Assembly (NCBI GenBank): GCA_951406725.2
Contig: OX597815.1
Coordinates: 48,670,001-48,734,000, forward strand
DNA: 64,000 nt
Source: Octopus vulgaris
Lineage: Eukaryota
Reading direction: 5' to 3'
Of the stretch, positions 1 to 13,816 are shown piece after piece. Under the pieces are notes generated by a model. It saw nothing but the letters and a program-made list of their open reading frames with translations. It had not been told where the DNA came from and ran no database searches. Made by a program: the position numbers and the translations under genes. How positions within the stretch are numbered: position 1 is the first letter of the stretch; every line of letters starts with the position of its first letter.

Positions 1-172
1 AGGCAAACTGGCAGAATCATTAGCATGCTGGGTAAAATGCTTAGCAGCATTTTATCTGTCTTTATGTTCTGAGTTCAAATTCTTCTGATGTCAACTTTGC
101 CTTTCATCCTTTTTTGGGGTTGAAATAAGCACCTGTTATGCACTAAGGTCGATGTAATTGACTTATCCCCTG
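1..172 (+). mobile_element. tRNA-derived SINE, Nin-domain type (family B)
   Basis: Head CTGGCAGAATCATTAGCA, B-box-like GAGTTCAAATT, then CTTTGCCTTTCATCCTTT...GGGGTTGA...TAAGCACC. Better-preserved copies at 19925-20152 and 38340-38532. Confidence 0.75.
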
Positions 173-185
173 CCCTAAGTTGTTG

Positions 186-392
186 AGGGGACAAACACAG
201 ACACACAAACATATACACACACATACATATATATGATGGGCTTCTTTCAGTTTCCGTCTACCAAATCCACTCACAAGGCTCTGGTCGGCCTGAGGTTATA
301 GTAGAAGACACTTGCCCAAGTTGTCATGCAGTGAGACTGAACCCGGAACCATGTGGTTGGTAAGCAAGCTACTTACCACACAGCCACTCCTG
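186..392 (-). mobile_element. tRNA/CORE-type SINE (family A), 5' half
   Basis: Reverse complement of GGAGTGGCTGTGTGGTAAGTAGCTTGCTTACCAACCACATGGTTCCGGGTTCAG...TTGGGCAAGTGTCTTCTACTATA, matching many copies in this window. Confidence 0.85.
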
Positions 393-504
393 CGTCTATA
401 TATAATATGATGAAAATGCTAAAGCTAGCCTGGTAAATATATTCATGGAGCAGTGTTTAGATGACAAATAAACTTAAGTAGTTTTTTTTTATATCAGAAA
501 GTCC

Positions 505-945
505 CAAACAAGGCAAAAGCCACTTAATGTAAGGGACTATAAAAAAGGAGAAATTAAGATGAAAGAAATGAATTTACTTTAGACTTGAAAGAGTTTAGGT
601 AGAAAGCAATGAGATGAAAGAGAGTTCCAAAGTCTGGAAGCTTGAAGAAAAAAGCCACAACCATAGAAAGACTTTCTTATACGTAGAAGCACAAGAGCAT
701 TTGTATGAAGATGCTGTGAGTTTTGTGTCAGGCAAGTTGGCAGAAAGCGATCTGGAACTAAGCGAGAAGGATCATCAGTGATCTTCCTGTGGCAATAATG
801 ATAGAAAGGACTAAGACTGGCAATGTCATTTCAATGTGACATGGATTGTAGATATGAAGCAAGAGAGAGACCAACCAAATTAGAGACTCACTTCTGAACC
901 TGGTCAAGGAGATTCAAGTGATAAAATGGAGCACCTGACCAAATA
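505..945 (-). mobile_element. Degenerate L2/CR1-group LINE 3' end
   Basis: Minus-strand pieces read HLNLLDQVQK and FFLQASRLWNSLSSH, resembling the ORF2 C-terminus (WNSL motif); interrupted by stops and frameshifts. Confidence 0.55.
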
Positions 946-2199
946 ATGAGGTTTAATGAGTATAATTACATGGAATACAAAAATACAGAGTATAAAAAGA
1001 AAGAAAAGGAGTTTTGTAAGATAAGACTTTTATATAACTCCTCTTGTTTTTGTATTCTTGATTCTGATATTCTGTATCACAGGGACCAGTAGACCATTAG
1101 GTTGGCTGTGGAGACAGCAGAGGTCACTTCATGGTGTGAGCCCTGGAAAGAGCAGTGCTACCAGGAGTAGAGTGCTAAATGTACTGGACAAAAGCTGGGG
1201 CTTTAGCAACTTTAACTGGGTCACCTCAGTCAGAGCATCTAACGTTGAAAGACCTGAAACATCTAATGACTCCAGAAAACCTTACTGATGATGTATCCAG
1301 GTGCATTACAGAATAACGTGTTGAAAAAAACACCAATATGTTATTTATCTGCCTTCCTGCTTATATATATAAACCTACAGAGTAAACATACAAACATGGT
1401 GAACTTAACTATTTCTTCATAGACTGAAAAAAAAAATGATGAACATCCTCAATCAATTTCCAAACCTTATTGGGTTCTTATCAGAGGTATCTCCATCATT
1501 TGACTAATTCCAGAGAAATAAACAACCAGCCTGTTTATATAACTTAACAAATCCAGTGGCTACTAATCTATATACCATTAGTGTTGAACACTTAATTTTC
1601 ACATCAGTGTCCTGTTAATGAGGGATCTCAGTCCACACAGTTTCAAGATATGATATATATAATATATGTAAACCTATCATGTGTGTGTGTGGAGAGAGAG
1701 AAAGAGAGTGAGAGAGAGAGAAAGAGAAAGTGAGCTAGACAGACAGATAGATTATTAAAGCAGAAAAAAAGAAAAGAAAAAGAAACAATGACTTCTCAGA
1801 ATTTCAGCATGTCCTCTCTTAGAATTGAAAGATAGAGAAGTAATAATCTGGTTGTGTTCCTTCCTATTATCCATTCCCCTCTTTCCAAATCCATTTGATC
1901 AATATATGGGTGCATTTGTGTTGACTGAGAGTGAAAGAGAGGAAGGGAAAGAGAGAGAGATGGAGAGAAGAGAAGCAGACAGTTTAAAATATTTCAGTTA
2001 ATGTAGATTTGAAATTGTTTGATTAATGATCTCAAAGTAAGTTTTCTAGCACTACAAACCTGAATATCTGATGAGACAAGTAAATGAAGTTTTTTAAAAA
2101 TATTAGTTGTTCTGAATGACAGGTTTATGCATAAAGTCTGCCTAAATTTATTCTACCCCTGAAAATGTTAAATAAGTAAAACAAACCTTAATATTTAGT

Positions 2200-3350
2200 C
2201 ACTCCTTGGTTATGATTTTGAGTACTCTTTGAAGCAAACTCCAGCAAGTGCCTTTTATTAAAGGGTTGATCTAAGTGTTCTGAGTAAAATTTGAAAGAGA
2301 GAATCTCTGTGGATGCCTCAGTGATCCATAAACAAATATGTACATTGACAGATGCAAAAGTCATTTTCCACATTTTAACTTAACTTCTTTCTTCTTTTAA
2401 TAAAATAGCAACAATTAAATTCTCCCTTTAAATTTTCTTTGTGGATATTGGAAACTAGTTTCAGCTAACTGTGGGATATGACAACTAGAAAATGGTTTAA
2501 ATTTCCGGTTTCCCAGAGTTGAAACCTTTCCAGGCAATGTTCTGTGGCTGCATGAAATTTTTTGTCAAACACTATTCTTCAGTTTCTGTCTTAATTCTTT
2601 GTAATCTTGTTCACAAGACTAATCTCTTCTGATAACCAGCAAACACAGGAAAGCTTCTGCATGCTTTTCTTTGAAGGCAACAGGGCAATTCACGACAGAC
2701 TTAGCTGACTTCTGAATCTGCCCCACATCTGATTACAGGTGTTTGATGTAATACTCAACTCGATAATATTTAGACATTGAATAATTGGATGCATGATGGT
2801 TCTCTCACTTTCTGTGCTGCTTCGGTGGGTTTGGCTTTCAAACTTGTAGAGTTTATTGAGATCTACTCCCCTCAAATCATAACATTGCCAGCCTAATGAC
2901 ATTTGAAAATCATCCTTAATCCCAAATCTGAAAGACTCCAAAAGTAACTATTCAGGTTGTTATCTTCATGTATCCAGAATTCTTCTCAGACCATCATCCT
3001 TCACTCTTTTGCTTAACTCTTTACACAATGTTACCAATAACATTGCTCTGCTGATAGAGCACAGTATCTGCCAGCATTTTCCAGATACCAGACACCAGAC
3101 ACCAGCATTGATCAGCGCTTCACCAAGAGAATAGCAGTTCAAATCAAGTATCATCTCCAGAAATACATGCCACGCAAATGCCAATGATACTTGCTCACCA
3201 TCATTGTACTACGAGATCACTGAAGATATAACCTCAACATATATCTGTGCGTCATTAGTAATGATAGCCCAAGACCCTCCTATGGTAGCCATCAGCTGTT
3301 GACTCTTAACTGTAAGGCTGAGACAACTCCCTTGACTATCTTTGGGGCTG
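2200..3350 (-). pseudogene. Highly degenerate DNA-transposon-like coding remnant (possibly Academ-like)
   Basis: About 1.1 kb of non-microsatellite sequence with broken minus-strand ORFs. SLGEALINAGVW...SISRAMLLV resembles a GLEDALIEAGV...YSRAVR-type transposase segment; family assignment is from memory and weak. Confidence 0.25.
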
Positions 3351-3552
3351 CAAGTGGCTGTACACATACACATACACACATACATCTATGTGCGAAAACA
3401 GTGATATGCTTAACAAGGAAATTTCATATTCAACTTGTACTGAGTTTGTTTTCACCACAGGACATTTAATTTGGTCCAGGCATCACCAATACCTTGTGGA
3501 AAGAATTTGGCAGAAAGAAACTGTGCAGAAGACCCTCTTACACAAAAACGCA

Positions 3553-3597
<45 letters not shown>

Positions 3598-3870
3598 CAG
3601 CGAGAGAGAGAGAAAGTGTGTGTGTGCAAATATAATGTTTATGTATATTTTGTTTCCCTTTATAATATGTAAAGTTGAGATCAATAATAATAGCAATTCA
3701 GTGATTAACACTACACAAAACTATACATGTGTGCACGTGTATGTATGTGTGTGTATGTATGCATTTATGTACATATGTGCTTATATATCTCTAAATATTT
3801 CGAAAAATCAAATTAAAATTTATTTAGACTCTTTTGCATACATCATGCATTATATCAACATCTACCTGAA

Positions 3871-3927
<57 letters not shown>

Positions 3928-4885
3928 TATTGAGGAACCTGAGCCAGCAAAACCATGAAGAAAAAATAAAAAATAACTATATCCATCTGCTCAACCATCA
4001 TTTCACTTCACCTTTTCATATATTGCTTTCTTCTCTCTTTATAATAAAAAAAACATAAAACTAAAGAATAAATAAAAACAATAAAAAAAGAAAGAAGCCT
4101 CCTTAAATACAAAAAAACACTCCTTTCTACAACTAATTTATCCATCATGGCTTAATGTTGCCATCAATTGACATTTAAGACTTGCCAAAGAATTCTGCTT
4201 ATTTCATATATACAGGCGCCATTAAATGACGCTGTAGTAATTGGACAGATTATTAACTGAACTGCTTATCTTTCTGGGATACCTTTTTTTTTTTTTTTTT
4301 TTTTGTAGAAGCTTTTGGGTTTTGTTTTTCTTTTTGTTTTACATGTTGGTTGGTTCGAAGAATCAGAAATGAAGAGATCTGAAGAGCAGTGGATTGCTTT
4401 AGCTATTACGAGACTAGAAGATTGGATATGATTATGATGGAATGGTTAAAGAGGTAGAAGAGATGAAAATGAAAGTGGGATAGTAATATTGGTTACCTTC
4501 CTCATGGATTACAGAGAATATGGAGGGAAAAAAAATAAATGGGAAGAATAAAGAATATTGGAAGATTAACGAAGAAAGTTCGTGTATTTACATTTATATG
4601 TCTCTCTTTCATTTTATGTGTGTATGTGGATATATACATACATACATACATACATACATACACACACATGTGCACACTTTGTATGAAAGGAAGTACACAC
4701 ACACACTAACTTATATCTTAAAGTTTATTTATCAACAGGTAATAACAATATGAAAGAGAAAATATATGCAGAGAATAAAAATGACTGTTGAATAAGTACA
4801 CTGATTCAAAGCATACGTCATTGTTAGTTTCACCAATATGGTCACCAATTTAATTGGTAATAATTCAATATTTTGTATAGGCACA

Positions 4886-5262
4886 GGAGTGGCTGTGTGG
4901 TAAGTAGTTTACTTACCAACCACATGGTTCCGGGTTCAGTCCCACTGCATGGCACCTTGGTCAAGTGTCTTCTACTATAGCCTCGGGCTGACCAAAGCCT
5001 TGTGAGTGGATTTGGTAGACGGAAACTGAGAGAAGCCTGTCGTATATATATGTATATGTATATATATGTGTGTGTTTGTGTGTCTGTGTTTGTCCCCGCA
5101 ACATCGCTTGACAACTGATGCTGGTGTGTCTACATCCCCGTAACTTAGCAGTTTGGCAAAAAAGACTGGTAGGATAAGTACTAGGCTTACAAAGAATAAA
5201 TCTTGGGGTCGATTTGCTCGACTAAAGGCCACAGTCAAATGACTGAAACAAGTAAAAGAGTA
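4886..5262 (+). mobile_element. SINE family A, near full length, with internal (TA)/(TG) microsatellite
   Basis: tRNA-like head GGAGTGGCTGTGTGGTAAG...GGTTCAGTCCC, CORE-like CACCTTGGTCAAGT, and tail CAGTCAAATGACTGAAACAAGTAAAAGAGT. Confidence 0.9.
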
Positions 5263-5689
5263 ATTGGTGAGTTTCTATGTGATTGAAAGACATCTGGCTT
5301 CTTAGAATAATGATTCCATTATGTGTAAACGCAAGAATAGCTTCATTCTTTTAGCGTAAGCTGTTTCACCTTTGTATCTTAAATTGGAAATATGTCAATG
5401 TAAAGGAGAAAATCCCTAATCACTTATAACATAGATTTTGTATTAGGAATACTATATGTTTACATGATACATGTGTATGTATATACTGTGTCACATAAAT
5501 GGTGCACATACATCATACACTATAACATTGAGCCTCATGGAGGCAGTGACAGGTGACCAAGAGCTTTGGTGATATACCATGCTTGTGTAGACCTGTCAAA
5601 TCAAGTGAGACCATAATCTTGGCTGATGCCGGTGTCAAGTCAATGGTACCCATGCTGGGTATATATATATATATATATATATATATACG

Positions 5690-6385
5690 CATTACACAAG
5701 AGCAAGATAATCAATGAAGCCAGCAAACAATCACCAAGCAAATATATAAATATCCAAACGCCAGAAGACTTGACTTTAAGACCCATTGTAGCTGGGCCGG
5801 CTTGTGAAACCCACCGACTAAGCAATTTTCTAGATATCCTACTGAAACCCTTGCTGAAATACATCAAAAGTTTCATTCGAGATGATTTAGACATGCTAGA
5901 AAACCTACCAAAAACAATTAATGAAGAGGCAATATTGGTAACCCTCGATGTTATCAATCCTTACACCAACATCCCCCATGACTATGGAATAAAAACAATT
6001 AAATTCTGGTTGGAAAAGTACCCCGAAGTCCTCCCAGAACACATAAACCAGATCTTTATTATTGAATCCTTAAAATTTATACTTCAGAACAATTATTTCC
6101 TATTTGATGACACATACTATCATCAGAAATGCGGAATTGCGATGTGGACGAAAGCATCTCCTGTTCTTGCGAACCTAATAATGGGTAAGTTTGAATTCAC
6201 TTTATATGAAGTATCACTTCAGAAATATGGTTACTGCTTTATCATCTGGAAAGAGAACATCGACAAACTTTTGGATTTCAAAACAACACTAAATGACATA
6301 AATAGTAACATTCAATTCACAATGGAATATAACAAAGAACAACTCCCATTTTTAGACATCATGATAAAAAAAGTTAAGTCTAAGA
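5690..6385 (+). pseudogene. Penelope-like element (PLE) reverse transcriptase fragment
   Basis: ORF 5626-6414 has LRPIVAGPACETHRLSNFLDILLKPL, SFIRD, LVTLDVINPYTNIPH, NNYFLFDDTYYHQKCGIAM.TK..PVLANL and IQFTME...LPFLD, typical PLE RT motifs. The catalytic RYxDD segment is missing. It begins directly after (TA)n. Confidence 0.9.
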
Positions 6386-6732
6386 TAGAAGGGTATGATT
6401 TGAGGGAAATTTGACCGCTGTTACAGGCAGGTTGAGTGGAATTGTAATTTTCTGGATAAGTGGTTCTCTTCAAAAATTTATATTGGTTATCTCATTAATG
6501 TGTGTCAATTGGATGGTGACAAATAATCTATGCATTCAATGGTTCATACATTCCTTTCTATTTTGTATTTTTTACCTTTTTATTATTAGCACAAGGCTTG
6601 AAATTTGCTGGGAGGGGACTAGGCAATTACATTGACCCTGCTGCTTGATCAGTACTTATTTCGTCTCAGTGGTTCATGTATTGCCTGATCAAACTGCATC
6701 TTCTGTGCTTGATACATCTTTTCACTGGTTTA

Positions 6733-7160
6733 AGAGTGGCTGTGTGGTAAGTAGCTTGCTTACCAACCACATGGTTCTGGGTTCAGTCTCACTGCGTGGT
6801 ACCTTAGGCTAGTGTCTTCTACTATAGCCTCGGGTCGACCAAAGCCTTGTGAGTGGATTTGGTAGACGGAAACTGAAAGAAGCCTGTTTTATATATGTAT
6901 ATATATGTGTGTATGTATATATATGTGTGTGTATGTGTGTGTGTGTGTGTATGTTTTTGTGTCTGTGTTTGTCCCTCCAACATCGCTTGACAGACAATGC
7001 TGGTGTGTTTATGTCTCCCATAACTTAGTGGTTCGGCAAAAGAGACTGATAGAATTAAGTACTAGACTTACAAAGAATAAGTCCTGGGGGTTGATTTGCT
7101 CGACTAAAGGCGGTGCTCCAGCATGGCCACAGTCAAATGACTGAAACAAGTAAAAAGAGT
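6733..7160 (+). mobile_element. SINE family A, full length
   Basis: Same head, CORE-like segment, microsatellite and tail as 4886-5262. Confidence 0.9.
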
Positions 7161-7638
7161 AAAAAAATAAAAGGAGTAAGGATGTCAACAGACAGTCTTC
7201 AGATCCTACTGAGTTGTTCAATACTGCACGTCTTCCTTGTCCTCTCCTTCCTGCAATTGATTATCCATCTTACTGCAGATTTACATACTGGTGATTCAAT
7301 ATCATCATCACCTCTATATCAGAAGTATGGAAACTTAGTATCAGGGACAAATTGCAAGCGAATCAGTGCAATGCATCTATGCTGAAAAAAATAATACATC
7401 ACCAGTGTGACAAATTCATTATCAGCCAGCTTAGATTACTGTCTTGATTTTAAGGCTAAAACAACTGTTTTAAAAAATATTCTTTTCTGTACACATTGAT
7501 TTTTAAAGAGTTTATTAGTGAGTGAATGGATATTTAAAAGCCTTTTGATGATAAATGAGGAATTGCCCACCTTTACAAACCCTTCTTCTGTATGGTTGTT
7601 TGGCCAGTTAGGAATTGCAGTTAATTATCTCTAAGATT

Positions 7639-7807
7639 ATTTACATTATTGACATTTGACGGATATTTCTCCTTATCTTGTTTGTTGGTAACACAACGTT
7701 TCGGCTGATATACCCTCCAGCTTTCTTCAGGTGTCTTGGGGAAATTTCGAATCTGGGTTCTCATTCCTAAGGTATTCTTCGATGTTATTATTATTATTAT
7801 TATTATT

Positions 7808-7852
<45 letters not shown>

Positions 7853-7943
7853 CAGGTCACTGCTTGGAATCAAACTCAGAATTAGTAGCCCATGCTCTTA
7901 ACCACTATGCCATATGCCCTCATCTCTTAAATATATAACTGTG
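7639..7943 (-). mobile_element. tRNA-headed, hammerhead-bearing element (family HH2), copy 1
   Basis: Minus strand: GGGCATATGGCATAGTGGTTAAGAGC head, (AAC/AAT)n, body, hammerhead motif. TCTCTAAGATT is duplicated at 7628-7638 and 7944-7954. Confidence 0.8.
7690..7735 (-). ncRNA. Minimal type-I hammerhead ribozyme motif (HH2; mismatch at the base of stem II)
   Basis: GACAC-CUGAAGA-A-AGCUG(loop)CAGCC-GAAA-CGUU-GUGUU. Confidence 0.7.
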
Positions 7944-8623
7944 TCTCTAAGATTGTTCTTTCAAGTCCAGAAAATAGAAGATTCAGAACATCGACCATAT
8001 AAGCCTAGATACATACTAGATGGAAAAAAAAAAGCAACAACAAAAAATTAAAAAACGAAAAAACAAAAAGATGAATGGTCAGATCAGGAATGTGTTTGAT
8101 CATAACTGTTTAGTCAGGGGTGGTTTGGGGTTTAACAACAACAACAACAACAGCATAAGCAACAAGAGTAACAACAACAACAACAACAACTGTACATGGA
8201 AAAGGTCACCTGCATTTTATTGACCATAATAAAAACAAAATGCAAATGGAAAACAAACTCTCCACCACGCTGTCATCTAGAAGAGACCCATTACAAGAAA
8301 ATTCCTCAATTTTATTCCATTTTCCTCTTTTGTCAAGAAAATCAATATTGGCATGTATGTACATTGCAGTTGGGTAGGGGTAGGTCTAAGGTTAGAAAAG
8401 GAAATAGTAAACAAATTAAAATAAAATAAAATACATAGATGTGAAAGGGACGTCAAGTGATGGTGCCAAGTTACCAATGTTCGTAATGGGGTAGTGCCAG
8501 GAATAACAATTGACCGAGAAAACTACACTCTCAGCACCAACGTTTTGATGATATAATTATTAGATTGAAACAGATTAGACTTAATAATCTGCTGTATCCT
8601 TTCTCTTTTCCTTCTTCTTCTTC

Positions 8624-8848
8624 TTATGTATGTACACACTCACGCTTATGTATGTATGTAGGTATGTATGTATCTATATATATGTGTGTGTGTGTGAGTG
8701 TGTATGTATATATATATATATATATATACATACACACATATATACATGCGTATATATGTACACACATATACATACATGTATATATATACATACATACATA
8801 TATACATGTATATATGTACATACATACATACATACATACATACATACA

Positions 8849-8909
<61 letters not shown>

Positions 8910-9057
8910 GCATGCATACACATATATATATATATACATACATATACATGCACACACATGGAATCAACTTTGTACATATATATGGTTGTATTTGTTCACA
9001 TCATTCATGTGTCTGTGTGTTTGTAATATGCTTTTGTGTGTGTGTATGTGTGTTTGT
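8624..9057. repeat. Compound (TA)/(TACA)/(TG) microsatellite
   Basis: Read directly; source of several spurious YI/VC ORFs. Confidence 0.95.
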
Positions 9058-9253
9058 GAGTACAGCCATGCGTAGGGCAGGAAATGTTAACTATTTAAGT
9101 ACATTCCTGACATCTAGATTATCGGCAGCATAACCCTTCCTCCATCAAAGAAAATGAAATAGATCTCCTCATCAAAAAAAAAAATCCTTTTCCTACATTT
9201 CCTAAAAAAAAACTCTAAAAAAAAGAAGGTAAGTAACTAAAAATGACTTAAAA

Positions 9254-9460
<207 letters not shown>

Positions 9461-10186
9461 AAAATTATTATTCTTATTACTATGATTATTAATATTTCAT
9501 TGTTTTAATAAAAAAAAAAAAAATAATAATAAGCCACATTAAGGGTTCTTTTTGGGATCCTTTTGGGGATTCTTTTGGAGGTCCTTTTAATATCAGTCCT
9601 ATTGGTGACTAGGAAAAACATTAAAGCCAATCAAAAATTAAGTCATAAATTCTGTTTTTATATTTTTCTTTAATTTAATTTTCAATAATTGCGAGAATTT
9701 TACACTTAAATAACCAGAATTCAACTAAATTTTACAGGTAATTTTGGGAATTTTAGGGAATTAATGTCTTCTGTTTTTTTTTAGTTTTATTTTAGTTCAT
9801 TTTCAATTGTTTCTTTTATATATTCATATTTTTTGTTTCATCTATTTTTAGTAAGATATTCTTTGGAATATTTATATAAAGGAAATTGTGAATGGTAAGA
9901 ATATTTCGGTCACACAATGTAATCAAAGAAAATTCAAAAGCTGTTTAGGTTATCTGTATCAGGTGTAAAAATGAAGTGATTTTGTCTTTGATTTATTTTT
10001 TTTGTTTTGTTTTGTATTGTTTTTGCCATTCCTGGTTGAACTCTTTATGAGTTCTTGACATATGATTGGTTGGTGGTGGTTTTGTGGATGAAAATTAAGT
10101 GGAATTTAGAAGAAAATTTGGAGAAATTAATGCAAGTCAATAGCAAAATAAATAAATATGATAAACTACAAGTATAAATAATGATG

Positions 10187-10256
<70 letters not shown>

Positions 10257-12777
10257 TAATAATAATAATAATGATAATAGGAGTGAGAAATGAGAAATGC
10301 TGCGAGTGAGTAAATGTGAAAATGTATTTGGAAGAATTAAGATAATCAAGAAAAATTAAAAAGAATTAAGGAGAATGAAAAAGAAGAATGAAAGAGAAGA
10401 AGAGGAAGAAGTAGAAGGAGGAAGAAAAAGAAGGGAAGAAGCAAAAAAGAGGAAATGACAATGGCCATGATGATGATGTGATGAAGAAGAAAAGTGAGAA
10501 GGAGGAGGAGGAAACAAAAAAAGTGAAGATGGTGATGATGGTGATGATGGTGATGATGGTGATATATCAGTGTGTCACGTTGTGATTTTATCGAATTATT
10601 ACTAAAAAAAAGAAATTAAAATAAAATAAAATTAAAATATCTATCTGATCCACTATTCATAATAATTGGCATTTGAACACTGAGAATGGGGCTTCAATTT
10701 AGTTAGCAACCTATATGGAGAAAGAGACGAAGAAAGGATGGATGAGCTGAGAGAAACAAAGAAAGAGAGAGAGAGAGAAAGAGAAAAATATAAAGAAAAC
10801 TGAGAGAAAAAATGTAGAAAAAAAAGAGTATGAAAAGAAAAACATAAATAAAACAAGCAAAAATGAAGAGAAAAAAAGTAAAACGAAATTAGTGCCGGTA
10901 TTGAGAAAGAGGCGTTGGAGGTAGGCAAACAGCGTTTATCACATCAAGGCTAGCAAAAGATGGAGTCAAAGCAATTGATGTTATCAGGCTGATAATTACA
11001 AGAAGTGTAATATAACGTGAGTTATTTTGCAAGTTCCTTATCGTCTGATGTTCCAATTGCTTCACATTATTAGTAAAACTAACCTCTAATTTCTGCTTCC
11101 ATTTATTATTACCATCAACCAACCAAATACTTGCAGTGATTACAGGAGAGAAGAGACAAAAAGAAAAAGAACAAAAAAAGAAAAACAGAGGAGGGGAATC
11201 CAAGAACAAAAGGTGAAATAAATAAATGAAAAAATAAAGTAATGAGAAATAAAAAAAAAACAAAGCAAAAATAAAAAGAAAGCCAAGAACATTGCCAATA
11301 CAAAAGAGGAGGGACTTTAACAATGAATAATAGAACTGCAGCAGGTTCTTATATCAAATATTATATTATATTATATTATAATAGAGGTCTCTTTCAGCTG
11401 ATGAAAAGGTTTTGAAAGGAAGAAGAAAAAAAACAAGAGAGGGAGAAGGATAGAGTGACTGAGAGAGAGACAGAGGGAGGCGTAGCTGGGGAGCTTATTA
11501 TAGATGATCTTTTATTCTCTGAGCTGTGTTTTAGCAGCCATTTTGAGACAAGGAGTTTAAACTGGCTATTCAGAGTCTGTCCAATAACAATGATTGGTGT
11601 TTTCACATCCCATTATCAAAGGTGGGAGGTCAGAGGTGTATGTTAGATCCATATGAAAAAAAAAAAAGAAAAAGAAAAAAAATGATATAAAATATACAAA
11701 TAAATAAAAAGACAACTAAGATACATTTCCCTCTCTTTCTCCATTCAATATCAAGTGAGATGCTGTAGCAAATGATGTAATTACTTGTGATGGTTTGAGG
11801 AGAGGGGATTAAGAAGGGCATTTATAGTGCTGGCCAAGATACTAGTGGTGGGGATGGGGTAGTGGTTATGGTGGGGGTGGGTTGACAGTGATCCACATGT
11901 ATAGCTGACTATGTACTCTCCCATTTATTTTATTTTCACAGTCTTTTGCTGTTGTATTCTTTCCCAAAATATTTAATATAAAATAATATTATCCGTTACA
12001 AGAATGATTTGAGACAAAAAAGATGCCTAGAATTAAAACTTTGGTTATATAAAGCATCACATCTTCAGTGCAAACAGGTACTGCATCCCTCAATAATTAG
12101 GGTCCATAAAGGAATACTGTTCTCCACATCTGAGACAGCCCTCCCACTGCAAAAACAAACATCCTTGGCCACACCCAGAGAAAGGTCACTCATGCTGTCT
12201 CTTCTATCTCCACTTTTTTCTACCACTACTGAAATGACCTCTCCTTTTCAGCATTGGATGATCTCATGCTGTTTCTACTCAGGCACCCCTAACTCATTCA
12301 TTTCTCTTTCCCTCATCTCCCCTGTTGTGTCCAAACACCAAACAATTAACCACCAAAACTCCATCTGTCTGAGGTTATCAATGCAATTAGTATACAAAAA
12401 TTCTGTCCAAAAGTGTTTAAAACCTAAAAACAATGACCATTAATTGATTAAGCCTTTAGTATTCAAATTAGGTGTTTTACACAAGAACACAACACACAGA
12501 CTGGACTGGGAATTGAACTCACTACCTCATGATTGTGAACCCGATGCTCTAACCACTGAGTCATGTGCCTTCACACACACACACACAGGTGCCAGGCATG
12601 CAGGTATGGTCAAATTTGCATTAACCATCAAACTTTATCTTTCTTCTCCCAGAACTTGATAAAGCTTCTTCAATGAGAACTTAAAGTCTAAAAGCAACAA
12701 TCAGTTGAGATAACTACAATAAAATCTGTTGATCAAAATATTTAGACAGTTATAGTCAATGTTTGTCAATTTAATCT

Positions 12778-13149
12778 TTAACTCTTTAGTGTTTAAACTG
12801 GCCATATCTGGCCTAAATATTCTACCTATATTACACTCAAACTGGCCAGACCTTGCCTCTCTCTCTCACCTATCCTACAATGTCATTTTTAAAATAAACA
12901 ATCACATCAAAAAGTTTTGAAGCTACAAGATAATGTTTCATTAATTCAAAACAAATAAACTTTACGATTATATGGGCAGGCATGGCTCTGTGGTAAAAAG
13001 CTTGCTTCCCTACCATATGGCTCTGGATTCACTCCCACTGTGTGGCATCTAGGACAAGTGTCTTTTACTATAGTCTCAGACTCACCAAAGCCTTGTGAGT
13101 GGAGTTGATAGATGGAAGCTGAAAGAAGCCTGTTATGTGCATGTGTGTT

Positions 13150-13190
<41 letters not shown>

Positions 13191-13452
13191 GTGCGTGTGT
13201 TTGTCTTTGCATCTGTGTTTGTCTCCCCCATCAACACCTGAAAACCGGTGTTAGTGTGTTTAGATCCCCATAACTTTGTGGTTCATCAAAAGAGACTGAC
13301 AAAAATACCAGGCTTAAAAACAAAAGTCCTGGAGTTGATTTGTTTGGCTGAAACCTTTCTGGGCAGTGCTCCATTATGGCCACAGTTGAACGACTGAAAC
13401 AGGTAAAAGAATAAAAAAATTTGACAGGGTAATTTGAATACTAAAGGCTTAA
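12778..13452. mobile_element. Non-autonomous piggyBac-like element interrupted by a family A SINE (about 12975-13412)
   Basis: Starts TTAA-CTCTTTAG and ends CTAAAGGC-TTAA. Sister copies TTAACCCTTT...AAAGGGTT are at 28431-28658, 52390-52603 and 55488-55710. Confidence 0.65.
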
Positions 13453-13564
13453 TCAATTAATGGTCATTGTTTTTAGGTTTTAAACACTTTTGGACAGAAT
13501 TTTTGTATACTAATTGCATTGATAACCTCAGACAGATGGAGTTTTTCAACTCCCTATATTACAT

Positions 13565-13787
13565 ATACAAGGGGGTTTTGAAAAGTTCCTGGCTTTAAGG
13601 GTACCGTGAAAAGCCTGGTTGGAGGCCCAAGCTTCTGAGTTCTTTTATAGGGCTTAGACAATACTAAAGGACTGCAGCAATAAGGGTGTGAATCTGAGAG
13701 GAGAATATGATGAATAAAATGATAATTAACTGGTCCACTTGTATATACTTTTAACCAAAGCCAGGAACTTTTCAGCATCCCCTTGTG
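13565..13787. mobile_element. Non-autonomous mariner-type element
   Basis: TIRs CAAGGGGGTTTTGAAAAGTTCCTGGCTTT / AAAGCCAGGAACTTTTCAGCATCCCCTTG, with TA at the left flank. A single-TIR remnant lies near 45158-45190. Confidence 0.75.
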
Positions 13788-13816
13788 AATACACATACAT
13801 ACAGACACACACACAC

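Noticed and set aside
5626-6414. Intact or domesticated RT gene
   Set aside because: The start lies in a SINE fragment and (TA)n, the catalytic DD motif is deleted, and there is no endonuclease domain.
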